Shown here: positions 36,060 through 61,006 of the stretch, one piece after another
How positions within the stretch are numbered: the first letter of the stretch is position 1
Layout of the letters: every line of letters starts with the position of its first letter
Assembly (NCBI RefSeq): GCF_009914755.1
Contig: NC_060925.1
DNA from: the human T2T-CHM13v2.0 reference genome, Homo sapiens
Length of the DNA: 64,000 nt
Direction: 5' to 3' (one strand)
Translations under genes and position numbers: made by a program
Notes under the pieces: model-generated
The model's input: the letters and a program-made list of their open reading frames with translations, nothing else
What the model was told of the DNA's origin: nothing
The model's database searches: none

Positions 36060-37302
36060 TAGCTGGGATTACAGGCATGCGCCACCATGCCTGGCTAATT
36101 TTGTATTTTTAGTAGAGATGGGGTTTCTCCATGTTGGTCACGCTGGTCTCGAACTTCTGACCTCAGGTGATCTGCCTTCCTCAGCCTCCCAAAGTTCTGG
36201 GTTTACAGGCGTGAGCCACCGTGCGTGAGCCACCATGCCCGGCCGTCTTTCTTCACTTGGCTTCTAGGATGCCACACAGGTTTTTCTCCCATTCTACCAG
36301 ACATTCCTTTTCAGTCTCCCTTGCTGATTCTTCCTCTTAAACCTGACTCTTAACGTTGGGAATGATTTTCACATAAAAATTACTAACGGTGACTTTCTTT
36401 CCATTATCCTGAAGATCCAAATTTATCTGTAATATAGCCCTATCACTCGACATAGGAATTCATCTCATTTCACATGTGAGAAAATGAAGATTTCTTGCCC
36501 TAGGGACTATTTCAGAAATATCATCTTGAGAAATTAGTTCACATATTGCTTCTATCTGTGAGGCTGAGGCTTAGTCTCAGACTGTTAAAGCTAAAAAGAG
36601 CCAAAGAGATTTGCTCACTGGTAGGACATTCCTTCAGTAAAAATCTACTTCAGTAAAAAATCTACAGTCTAAGCTCTGGTCATCTTCTTTGCAGGTTTAG
36701 AAACTACTTTTTTGTTGAGCTTACCCAGAAACACACCAAATTTAATACAAATGCTTATACTTTTCAGATGTTAATAATATAAAATGTAAGCAACCATTCT
36801 GAACAATGAATTGTTGATGATGGACATTTGTGGTTTTACAGTAACAAGCATTCTAACAGTATTGAGTGTTCTAATCCATGAATATGGTATATCTCTCCAT
36901 TTATTTAGATCTTCTTTAATTTCTCTTAGTGATATTCTGCCAGAGTGTGCAGGATTGAAGTTTTACACATGTTTTGTCAAATTTAAGGATGTAATTTTTG
37001 GGGCTGGGTGTGCTGGCTTATGCCTGTAAACCCAACCCTTTGGAGACTAAGATGGGAGGATCACTTGAGGCCTGGAGTTTGAGACCAGTCTGGGCATCAA
37101 AGTGAGACCCATCTCCACACACACAAAAAAAATAGCTGGTGTGGTGGCATGCACCTGTAGTCCCAGCTACTTTGGTGTCTGAAGCAGGAGAATTGCTTGA
37201 GCCCAGGCATTCAAGGCTGCAGTGGACTATAATGGCACCATTGCATGCTAGCCTGGGTGACCAGAGCCAGACCCTATCTCAAAAAAAAAAAAAATTAATT
37301 AA

Positions 37303-38100
<798 letters not shown>

Positions 38101-38500
38101 CAGCTTTTTAAAAATAGTATTATTTCCAAAGCATTTTACCATGTCTTTAAAGGGGTTTATTAACATTGGTAATGGCTGCATTAATTCAGGTGGCAACTTT
38201 TAAACCACTGATATTACTGGTTTTACTTAATACTTTTACTTAATGGTGATGGCTGCACTTTGTTTTATAGCATCAGCTTTGCTGTGTTAAACAGAAGGTC
38301 TAGTGTTGCACTGAGTCCCTTGGGGAAAGTAGTCTAGAGAAATTGCAGGCTCAGTTCCAAAACCAACATTCCAAATAAAGAGGGTTTTCAGTGAAAATAT
38401 CAGTTTACCTTGAATATTTTTCCAGTCATGTAAATAATCTTCATTTTCTTCCTAACATTAAATGTATTCATTTGTGATCTCTGAGCTACTTTCATTATAA

Positions 38501-38860
<360 letters not shown>

Positions 38861-40486
38861 TGATCTAATCTTGAAATTTGAATGCTCTGTAGTACTCTAT
38901 ATTGCTATATGGCTGTGCTAAATGCCATCACAAATAGAATAAACAGTATATATAATTTGTTCATCTATTTCTTCAACAAGCATTTAGTGAGCCACCTTCT
39001 AGTATATGCAGTGGGAATCTGTTATATTCTGGAGTTTCAGAGCTGAATAAACATAGTATCTCTTGTCCAGGAACTTCCAGGCTTACCCCTGTTATGCTAT
39101 ATGATCACATTAGAAATAAATCAATGCAGGCCATTGCTGACATATTCCTGGAGGCCTGACTCATGCCCACTCACTCTTCTACCCTCCCTCTGCTTTGTTC
39201 AACTGTTGATAGAGTCCTGGGGACTCAATAGAACTATCACTGGCCAGTTTACCTGGATGAGAGTGTCTTCAAAAGCATTACCAACTTAGGACAAGACTGA
39301 TTTCTTCCAGAATGCCCTAAATTCCCCCCTGCCCATTAACTGACTGCCGGGACAGATTCCTTGCAAATGTTGTGGCCAGTTGGGCCTGTCCTCCCTCACA
39401 ATCCTCTAATCTTTGATTTAATGTTCAAAATATTAACATCCCCATAATCTATAATACCCTCTATTACCCTGTGACCTCTTCTTTTATAGCGTCCTCTCCA
39501 TTCTACTCTGTGTTGCCTCTTCCTGCTGCTTTGCTCCTCCAAAGATTCCCCCTGCACCTGCTGAAGGCTCATCCCATACTAAGCAAACCCTTCTAGAATG
39601 TAAGCTCTTCATGGAAACTCTGTCTCTACCTCTACCTCTGTGCCTGATGGAAACCCAGACATCTGAGATTTCCTCTGTAGCTCTCTCAAAAGGATGCCAC
39701 TCCTTGTCTACTTCTCAAATACCTGGGATCAGGAAGTGGGTAAGGATTCCTCTTTGCTTTTCAGGGCTACTTCTGAACCATTTCTAGTATAAAGCCCCTT
39801 GGTCTTTCAACTCTGCTATGACCCAGATATACTCCTGTCTGTTCTTCCCTCTCCCCAATTCCTGGCTATTCCTCTCATTTGTTGAAGGTTTTCAGAAGTG
39901 GTATTATTAAGAACATGGGCTTTAGAGTCAGGTATGTCTGGGTTCCTGTGTCAGGTGTGCCACTTACTAGCTGTGCAATCTTCAGCAAATTATAGTATTT
40001 AATCTCTGAGCTAATTATAGAACTTAATCTCTGAACTTAACTTTTCTTAGATGTAAAATAAGATAACGGCAATCACCTTGGAGAGTGGTTACTGGCGTTC
40101 AACATTCATTCAACTAAAAGTAAGTGGAATAAAATAATTATACATTGATATATGTTCTGTGAAGGGTTTAGGATAGAGAATAAAGGGGGCACTCCACCAT
40201 GAGGGAGGTTCAAAGGGGAGGTGCCATTTGAGCCGAGACCTGAAGGAAGAGAGGGAGGGTTAAATGAAATAAAGCACACGGAACCACTTGGCACAGCACG
40301 GGCCCATAGTGAACTCAGTGTTAGTGAAAATCATTTTCCTGGTAAGGGTGGTGGCAGAGGTGAATGGCTTTCAAAGCTGAAGTAATTGCAAGCTGAGTTG
40401 ATCCTGGTCCAAGTGAAATAGTGGCATTAGTGCTTGGTGGTGGTAGTGGCAGCAGAAGCAGTAGTTTTTCTATCAGATCAGTTTTT

Positions 40487-40850
40487 CTCCTCTCCTCTCC
40501 TCTCCTCTCCTCTCCTCTCCTCTCCTCTCCTCTCCCCTCTTCTCCCCTCTCCTCCCCTCCTCTCCCCTCCCCTCCCCTCCCTTCTCCTCTCCTCCCCTCC
40601 CCTCCCCTCCCCTCTCCTCCCCTACTCTCCCCTCCCCTCCCCTCCCTTCTCCTCTCCTCCCCTCCCCTACTCTCCCCTCCCCTCCCCTCCCTTCTCCTCT
40701 CCTCCCCTCCCCTCCCCTCTCCTCTCCTCCACTCCCCTCCCCTCTCCTCTCCTCCCCTCCCCTCCCCTCTCCTCTCCTCCCCTCCCCTCCCCTCGTTTCG
40801 TTTCATTTCATTTCCTTCCCCTTCCCTTTCCTTTCCTTTCCTTTCCTTTC
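40487..40850. repeat. ~360-bp polypyrimidine/polypurine (CTCCT/CCCCT)n tract expanded from an Alu tail
   Basis: Almost exclusively C/T on + strand; runs into a minus-strand Alu at ~40850. Confidence 0.95.
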
Positions 40851-41194
40851 CGAGACAGAGTCTTGCTCTGTTGCTTGGGTTGGAGTGCAGTGGTGCGATC
40901 TTGGCTCACTGCAACCTCTGCCTCCTGGGTTGAAGCGATTCTTGTGTCGCAGCCTCCTGAGTAGTTGAGACTACAGGCGTGTGCCACCATGCCCAGCTAA
41001 TTCTTTTGTATTTTTAGTAGAGACAACTATTTTCCATGTTGCCCATGCTGGTCTCAAGCTCTTTTTTTTTTTTTTTTTTTTTTTGAGATGGAGTATAATC
41101 TCAGCTCACTGCAACCTCTGCCTCCGGAGTTCAAGCAATTCTCCTGCCTCAGCCTCCCAAGTAGCTGGGATCACACACCACCATGCCCGGCTAA

Positions 41195-41440
<246 letters not shown>

Positions 41441-42217
41441 TAAAAGTAAGGTCTTCAGACTTAAAAGCTCTATCTAAATAAGATCTTTTGATGTGGGTCA
41501 TTCATGAAACTAAAGCAAACAGATGAAGCCTACTAAGATCTTGAAGGTTTGGATTGTCAAAGAGCCTGCCCCATTCAGCCGTGTCATTCAGCACAGCCCG
41601 TGACTGTTCGGCCCCAAGGCAGTTGATGGTGCCTGATCTACATGGGCAGGAGAGGTCTGCTAAAGCTCTTCAGCCTCTAGGAATGGCCTACCCCACAGTG
41701 CCCTCCCCAGATGCAGCCATGGGGAATAGCAAGCAAGGAGAATCCTTCCAGAGAACAAAACTAAGGGCTGTAGATTGACCAGCCAAGGAACTCTACTGCA
41801 GGGATAGCGAGTCCCCACTACTCCTGCCCTGCAGGACTGTACAAGTGCGATCGACCAGAGACAGCTGAGTGTTTGCCATGTTCTTTTTTTCCCAAAGGGA
41901 GTTTTTATTGCACTTATCCTGTTGGGGAGAGATAAATTGTCTTTAAGCTTACAGCTCTCTAGTCATGAGAAGCCACATCCTGACCCTAATCCTCTAGAGA
42001 TCCTGGACTTTGAGCTGGATTTAGTAACTGGATGTAACTTTATTGCTGTATCCCTTGGGGAGGGCCAAATGCATTTCCTTTTTCTTTCTTCTTTCTTTTT
42101 TTTTTTTTTGAGACGGAGTCTTGCTCTGTCTCCCAGGATGGAGTGCAGTGGTGCGATCTCAGGTCACTACAACCTCCCCCTCCCGGTTCAAGTGATTCTC
42201 CTGCCTCAGCCTCCTGA

Positions 42218-42454
<237 letters not shown>

Positions 42455-42834
42455 TGACAGCAACTGCTTATTTCCTATCTCAAATCTACTCTCTCTCTGT
42501 TTCTTTTTTTTTTTTTTTTTTTTTTTTTCTGAGACAGAGTCATGCTCTGTTGCCCAGGTTGGAGTGCAATGGCACAATCTCGGCTCCCTGCAATCTCTGC
42601 CTTTATGTCTTTTTAATAGAGAGCCCTGGAGGCCGGGTGCGGTGGCTCACACCTCCCTGAGTAGCTGGGACTACAGGTGTCTGCCACCATGCCTGGCTAA
42701 TTTTTATATTTTTAGTAGAGATGGGCTTTTGCCATGTTGGCCAGGCTGGTCTTGAACTTCTGACCTCAGGTGATCCGTCCGCTGCAGCCTCCCAAAGTAC
42801 TGGGATTACAGGCGTGAGTCACTGCGCCCGGCCC

Positions 42835-43865
<1,031 letters not shown>

Positions 43866-45404
43866 GTGCATCCTCTCCTCCATCCACTCTCCACCCCAGG
43901 TCACCAGGCTCTGATTTTGCCGCAAGAGCCTCTAAACTGGTCTCTGAGCTTCCAGTGGAGTTTCCTTTCCATTTATGCTCCATACAACAGCCTGGATGAG
44001 TTTTCTAAAGCTCAAATTACTCACCTGTTCACACACCTTTCAGTGGCTTCCCAGGACGCTAGAGATAAATTCTGAATTCCCTTACCTGATACAAAAGGCC
44101 CTATGTGCCTTCCCAGCATCAACTTGTACCAGACTTTTTTTGTTGCTCTCAATGATTGCAACTCCCCCATTGCTCCTACTGTCTGACCGCTGGGCTTTTT
44201 TTTTTTTTAATGAGATGGAGCCTGGCTCTGTCGCCTAGGCTGGAGTGCAGTGGCGTGATCTCGGCTCACTGCAACCTCTGACTTCAGGGTTCAAGAGATT
44301 CTCCTGCCTCAGCTTCCCGAGTAGCTAGGACCACAGGTGCCCGCCACCACACTCAGCTAATTTTTGTATTTTTATTAGAGACGGGGTTTCACCATGTTGG
44401 CCAGGCTGGTCTCGAATTTCTGGACTCAAGTGATCTGCCCGCCTCGGCCTCCCAAAGTGCTGGGAATACAGGCATGAGCCATCACACCTGGCTGGACCTC
44501 TGGGCTTTGATTCCCATTCGATGTCCCTTCTCCCAAGAAGCCTCCTCCTAACAGTTAGTGCCCCTGCTATATGCTCTCTTCAAGCCCAGTTCTTACCCCA
44601 TCAGAACACAGACTCCATTTATTATGATGCACACTTGCCTGTCTATCTGCCTCCTGAATCTGTAAATTCCTCAAGGGCAGGGCAGTGTTTTCTTTAGCAC
44701 TGAAACATTAGTGACCAACAGTGACTGTCCCATTTCAGGTGGTCAATTCATTGGATTTAGGGGAACAGACGGCTGACTCCTCTTACTATCTTTTTCTCCA
44801 TGAGTTTCATATTTTGAAAGATTTTAGGCATTAAACACAGTTTATTAATTAAGTTAACCTTTGTGGACTTACGAGAGGATTAATGCATGGTTTTCTTTTT
44901 TCTTTTTAAAATATCGAAAACAGCTTGAAGAACCTCCAACCTGTTTTCTTTTTTGGGAAATAACTTATCACCCGGTGATCCTGGGTTTTGAATGTAGCCA
45001 ATTCCCCTAGGTAAAGAAACTGAGGCCGAGAGAGGTGAAATGACTTGTCTAAGGTTTACAGTGTGTTAATAATGACACCAGGCTAAAACTCAAGTTTCCT
45101 GACTTCAAATCCAGGATTCTTTCTGCTGTTTTATAATAGACAGGGCTTCAGGAGACCTGGTATAGCCAGTTATGTGCTGGTAAATGTTTAACAACTGGCT
45201 CCATAGGAGGGAAAAAAAAGATCTTGATTTATAGCATTTGTCGATTTCTGTGGTGTAAATAACTCTACCTTGTCTAATTTCAAGCTACCTGAAGTAACTC
45301 AACATAAGGGTTAATTCAAGCAGACTCCAGCACACTGCTTAGATATAGCCCTTGATTTTAGACTTTGCAGGTTTCTGTTCTGGAGAAACTTCCATACCCT
45401 CTTT

Positions 45405-45545
45405 CTTTTTTTTTTTAATTTTTAAAATTAAATTTTATTTATATTAATTTTATTTTTATTAAATAAAATTTATATTTTATTATATATAATTTATATGCTA
45501 TTTTATTTATATTATATTAATTTTATTTATATTAAATTTATAAGG
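45405..45545. repeat. AT-rich low-complexity tract
   Basis: Almost entirely A/T. Confidence 0.85.
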
Positions 45546-46189
45546 CATTATTCCTTAATCTTTTTATATGTTCTAGAAGAGTTTAAGCTACCTTAAATTC
45601 ATATATCCTCTTTCTTAAAAATTTGTAGTGCTTGGAGACTCCCATCCCCCAGATACTGGCTGTTGCCAGAACATGCGAAACTCTTGCAGTCAGATGATGC
45701 AAAAGGCTATAAATAAAAATAAAGGATCCCAAAGGAATGACCTGCTGAAAATATGACAAGATGGAAAACTCATATAAGTAGAGAGTGCTGTTCATGGTCA
45801 TGTGTTAGAACCAAAAGCCAGCGATGAACTCTGGAAAGATGAGTTAATGGAATACGAGTCCCTAAAGCATTTAGGCTGGGAGGAAGTGCCACCTCCTCTC
45901 CGTAGCTTTTCTGATTTATCTCAGGAAGAAATAATTCCTCCTTCCTTAGTAGATCCCAAATACTTACACCTCAGTTGCTTTTTTTATTTTTAGAATTGCA
46001 TTGCATCTAGAATGTATTTTACAGAATACATCCAAACTCCTTAGTTTGGCAGAGAGGCCTTTTATTAAATGAATTTTCAAAGAGGTGGGTGGGACAACAG
46101 GAAGAACACAAGCTTTGGAGCTTGATTGATTCTGGGTTCAACTCCTGCTGCACTGCTTACTGCTGTGATACTTCAGGCCAGTTTCCTAA

Positions 46190-46587
<398 letters not shown>

Positions 46588-46798
46588 TAATACACCACCT
46601 GTTATGTGTTAAGGATGCAAGAAATGATATGTTCTTTCTGTTTACAGGTGAAACATTTCCTGCTTGTTCAAATCTTTATATTTTTGGAGATGTGCTTTCC
46701 TATTAATGAGTTAGTTTATTTACACAGACTCCTAACAAATATTTAGAGCAAAATTCTCTGTGGACTGAATCTCTGATTCTGCTGTCTTTAATGTCTAG

Positions 46799-47110
<312 letters not shown>

Positions 47111-47969
47111 TAGTGGTTTTGCAGGACGAGGACACAGATAAATTCTTGGGCTCAGGGGTCAGGTATACCCCTTCCCAGGCAGAAAGTAAGATACCATGAA
47201 AATTGTTCTTAAATGTGATCTAAGTACTACAGGAAGGTGATGAGGGGACCTCACCAAATGCAGGATGTAACCAGAAGTGACACTGGTACCCCTGCTAAGG
47301 ACTGGGCACTAATGCCATAGCATCTCCTTCAACCCTCACATTAACCCTATGGTGGTAGAATGACTCCTATTTTGCTAATGACAAAACTACATGCATTTAC
47401 TCAACAATCTTCCTTGTGCACCTACTACATGCCAGGTATTTTCTAGGTGCTGGAGGTAGAGCATGGGCAAAAGGGACAAAAATCCCTGTCCCTGTGGAAG
47501 TGACATTAACAAGGTAATAAATAAGTTAAGGAAGTAAAATATAGAGCATGTCAGGTGGTGCTAAGAGCATGGAGAAAAATAAAGAAGAGTAGGAGCGTGG
47601 GGGATGCGTGAGGCTGCAATTTGATTTCTTTCTGGTTTTTTTTTGTTTTTTTTTTTTTTTTTTTTGAGACAGAGTCTTGCTCTGTCACCCAGGCTGGAGT
47701 GCAGTGGCATGATCTCGGCTCACTGCAACCTTAGCCTCCCAGGTTCAAGCAATTCTCCTGCTCAGCTTCCCAAGTAGCTAGGATTACAGGCATGCACCAC
47801 CATGCTCGGCTAACTTTTGTACTTTTAGTAGAGACGGGGTTTCACCATGTTGGTCAGGCTGGTCTTGAACTCCTGACCTCAAGCAATCCACCCGCCTTGG
47901 CCTCCTAAAGTGCTGGGATTACAGGCGTGAGCCACTGTGCCCAGCCTGCAATTTGATTTAAAGTGACTA

Positions 47970-48298
<329 letters not shown>

Positions 48299-48759
48299 TT
48301 AAAGTAACCAGGAAATGTCTCATGGAGATGACCTTGGAACAAAGACATGGAGAAGGCAAGGGAGGTGGCCACGAGGATAACTTGTTCAGAAACTGACCTG
48401 GGGTTCCCAGGAATTGACAGGGCGGGTACTGGAATCTCTGTCTGGCTCTAAGGCCAGTGCTCTCCTTTCAACAAGGCTCTTTTTCAAGAAGCAGTGTCGC
48501 TGTCGTCCAAGCAGGCTGTGTGCGTGTGATGCTGTGTGCGCGCACATATGTGCTATTTAGGAATGTGTTATATTTCCATGGGTAGACCCTGTGGGGACCC
48601 AAGCTTCCCTACTGACATCTTCCAGAGGCTGAGGCCTCACATTGTTGGTTTTCATGAAAACTTGGCAACTTTCTAGTTATCCCGCCCTGAGCCCTGCACC
48701 ACATTCCAATGGTTTTATTTGTGTGCCTTGGAGCTGTGCCAGGGCTGGGCCTGGGACAG

Positions 48760-48773
48760 GTTGCCATGGCGAC
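48760..48773. promoter_or_regulatory. Near-perfect RFX X-box GTTGCCATGGCGAC in unique sequence
   Basis: 13/14 match to the GTTGCCATGGCAAC palindrome; half-site CTTGGCAAC at 48661. Confidence 0.5.
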
Positions 48774-49007
48774 CTCCCCACTCTTTCCAGATAAGAATTT
48801 CTCAAGGATGTTGACGTTGGGCCTGAAATAGTTCTACCCTGTTCTCAGCCCGTAGGAGGATGAACTTTGGCATGGAGAACTGAGTTAGGAAACCTACTCA
48901 TTCCCTCAGTCTTTCAATTTGTGTACACTGAATCCTGGGTAAGAAAGACTTCTCGGGAGGGTACTCCAGGGCCCCCCAGCTTTAGGATTGAGGATGGCTT
49001 TGCTTAG

Positions 49008-49274
<267 letters not shown>

Positions 49275-49365
49275 TAGTAGAGATGGGGTTTCACCATGAG
49301 AGCCAGGCTGGTCTCGAACTCCTGACCTCAAGTGATCTGCCCGCCTCAGCACCCCAAAGTGCTGA

Positions 49366-49611
<246 letters not shown>

Positions 49612-50578
49612 TGAACTCCTGGACTCAAACAATCCTCCTGCCTTGGCCTCCCAAAGTGTTGGGATTACAGGTGTGAGCCACTGCACCTGTCCTGAAAGAA
49701 CAACTGTCACTGGGAATTTGCTTTCAGAAAGAAAAAATGTCAGTGTTCATGCCTTTAACTCAAAATAATTCTTAAGCCAAAATAGCATATTTTGGGGTGG
49801 CGTATTCTTCCGCCCTTCACTTTTTTTCCCAGTAAATATTATTTTGAGTGAATAAAGTGACTCATCCAAAAATTCTTTTTTTTTTTGATGACTTGTCCAA
49901 ATTCACTGCATCAGTTATCTATTTCTGTATAACAAAACACTCTTGGATTTAGTGGCTTATGACAACACTGTCTTATTTGTTTATGATTCTGTGGGTCAGC
50001 TATTTGAGGTGGGATGGATGGTTCTTCTCCTGGTCTTGGCCGAGACCACTTGCAACTGCAGTCGGCTGGGGGTTTGGCTGGGAGCTGGTTGATCTGGGGC
50101 CTCAGCCAGGGTATGTTTTTGCTCCTTGTGGTCTTACGTCCAACAGGCTAGTGTCCTGGGCTTCTTTCTGAGAAAGTGAGGCTGAGGGCCTCTTCAGGGG
50201 CAGATCCTGAAGCAGTTCTAGGGGTCTTCTCTAAAGAAAATAAAAGCCATTAATATGAAATTAGGTCCAGGGCCTTGGAAGAGGCCGGTGCAAGTAAAGG
50301 GCCCAAAGCTTGAGCTGCAGGAGCCTCCCAGAACATCCGCCTTTGGTCTTCTCTGCTCTTGGATCCTCAGTGAGACTTGATGGGGTCTGACATCATTCTT
50401 ACCCTTGAGAATGGGCCAGGGAACTAGCATGACATGGAACAGGGCCTCTTCTCAGTGACACACCTAAGAACCCTCTCCCTCCTCCCCAACTTGCCCCTCT
50501 CCTCTCAATCTTGAAGCTGCTATTGCTGTACTTCATCACGCTGAATTTATTGAGACACAAACTTTTATCAGGCTTTAG

Positions 50579-50812
<234 letters not shown>

Positions 50813-51938
50813 TGATCCGCCCGCCTCGGCCTCCCAAAGTGCTGGGATTACAGGCATGAGCCACTGGACCCCGCCAGATTTTATTTTATTTTATGAGTCA
50901 GGATCTCAATGTGTCGCCGTTGGAGTGCAGTGGCGCGATCATGGCTCATGCAGCCTCAAACTCTCCATCTCAAGTGATCCTCCAACTTCAGCCTCCTAAA
51001 TAGCTAGGACTGTAGGTACTCCACAAATGCCTGGTGAATTTTTGTTTACTTTTTGTAGAAACAGAGTCTCACTATATTGCCCGGGCTGGTCTCAAAACTC
51101 CTGGATTTAAGTGATCCTCTCCTTGGCTTCCCAAAGCTCTGGGATTACAGATGTGAGCCACTGCCCCTGGCCTAGGCTTTAGATTTAAAAATTCAACTCC
51201 TGCCCCTATTTCCCCCCACAAATATGCTCTCTGGCATAAATTTCAAAGGTCTATTTGAAACTCAAAAGCTAAGAATGGACTCTTTGTTCTGCTGTATCCC
51301 CCATCACTTCCTGAGGGAATGAGCTTCAAATGTCCTACCTGCTTCCCAAATGGGCGGAAAGATTCAGGAACAAAGCCCACATTAGATAACAGTATAAAAT
51401 AGCTTCCGGCTGCATGGTTAGAACTGTTTATTTACACAGGTTTAGGAGCACCAGGTGAAAAATGTGAGCTTTGCCCTCACTTGGGGTTCAAATTTACCTG
51501 GGCATGTTTGGTGGGGGATGGAACCACACCGTAGGTGCAATTGTGTTCCAGAGAGAGAGGCGACAATGGAGAAGAAGGAATACACCATGCTAGGCTCAGA
51601 CGTGGGGCCTTGGGTGGGATGTAGGCAGTGGCTCTTTGCACGGGGTGTGGCTATAACTGGGACCTCCAGGTGGTGGCTCATGGTTGCACTGGGGAAGTAA
51701 ACTAATCTAGGCATAAAAGTTGATGAAGCTGTAGCACCAGGAGTCCAAGCTGTGAAGGAAGTTGAGTCCTTCCTCCGCCAGCAGCAGACTGTGAGCTGCA
51801 GAGTCAAATATGTAAGTAGCAATTATTGGTGAGGCTGTTGGCAGCTCATGGACAAGAACAGAGGTTGTTGGCAGGCAGGCAAATAGCAAGGGCAAGGTCA
51901 GTGGCCCTGGTTGGGTTCTGGGTCTGGTGTGATGGTAG

Positions 51939-52567
51939 TGAGAACTGCAAGAACTCTTTTCACCTAATGACTCCAAACTCCTGTGCTAAGAGATTTGACC
52001 AGCCCTAGCATGGCTTCTAGCAGCCTAAGGTGGCATCTCTGGGACCATCCAGCCCCCTTTTAAGTTCCTGTCTGTAAAATCTCCGGGCTGTCAAAAGAAT
52101 TAACTGTTTGTTGCAGCCAGCACCTAACATAGACCCCTGACCTCCCTTTTGCAAAGCATTCATGCAAAGGGCTTCCTATTGAGACTCCTTCCTCTGCCCC
52201 TTTGAGATGTGTGTCTATCTCCTACAACTTACCTTTCTCAAAGACCTGAAAGCCATTCCTTTGAAATGTGATTATCAGGAGGGCCTCTGTCTCCCAGTCT
52301 CTGTGGGAGGACAGAATCCCAACCTTGTTGATCACCAGCTAGCAGACACAGCTGGCCGACTGCATTTTCACTTGATCATTTTTCCCTTTAGTCCCTGCTT
52401 GCCTCCACCCACTCCCACTCCCACTCCCACTCCCATTCTCCCTTTAAAATGCTGTCACCTCTGGGTAAACCAGAAGAGAGCTCAGCTCCTTTCCCTACTG
52501 CCCCTCATTACTGCATATAATCTGTTTTCACTGCTTTAACTAGTGTCTGGCTTGTTTTTCTTTGACA
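51939..52567 (+). mobile_element. ERV1-class solo LTR (MER34/MER39-like)
   Basis: TG...CA ends (TGAGAAC...TTTGACA); TCTCCCAGTCTCTGTGGGAGG core; imperfect 4-bp TSD GTAG/GTTG. Confidence 0.6.
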
Positions 52568-52904
52568 GTTGCTCAGGGGTTAGAAATGGCCCTCCTGGGC
52601 AACTCAAAGCTGCAGCATGCATGAGGGGTGAATCAGAGGAGAACTGGTATCCAATCAGGTGATGGTGACAGGGTGGAGCGGTGACCTATGAGCAGGAGTG
52701 GTCTGGCCAGCATTGAGGATATATTAGGGACCACAACTGGGGCACATGGTGGTTTTTGTCCAAGAGAGACAGCCAAGTGTACAGCCTGAAGCAAATTGAT
52801 GTGGGCAGAGAGCATGGGAGTCACCTCCCCGAGTAGTCCTGCAGACATACAAGGGGGGCAGGAGACCCAGAAAGGAGGCATCCTGCTCATTTGGCATCCT
52901 GCTC

Positions 52905-60833
<7,929 letters not shown>

Positions 60834-61006
60834 ACAGTTTTCTATAATCATCAGCCACTTCCAGTTTTATAACATCACTCATCATGGTGGCTTCAAGATT
60901 CGTGACATAAGGCATTTTTCTCTGGTTAAATTAAGGTGGGGAAACTTGTTTAGCTGACCAGCTGCTTGAAAAATATCTTACAACTCATGAGCTGGCTTTT
61001 GTCATT

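Noticed and set aside
40321-40964. 161-176 aa low-complexity ORFs
   Set aside because: Translation of the (CCCCT/CTCCT)n microsatellite.
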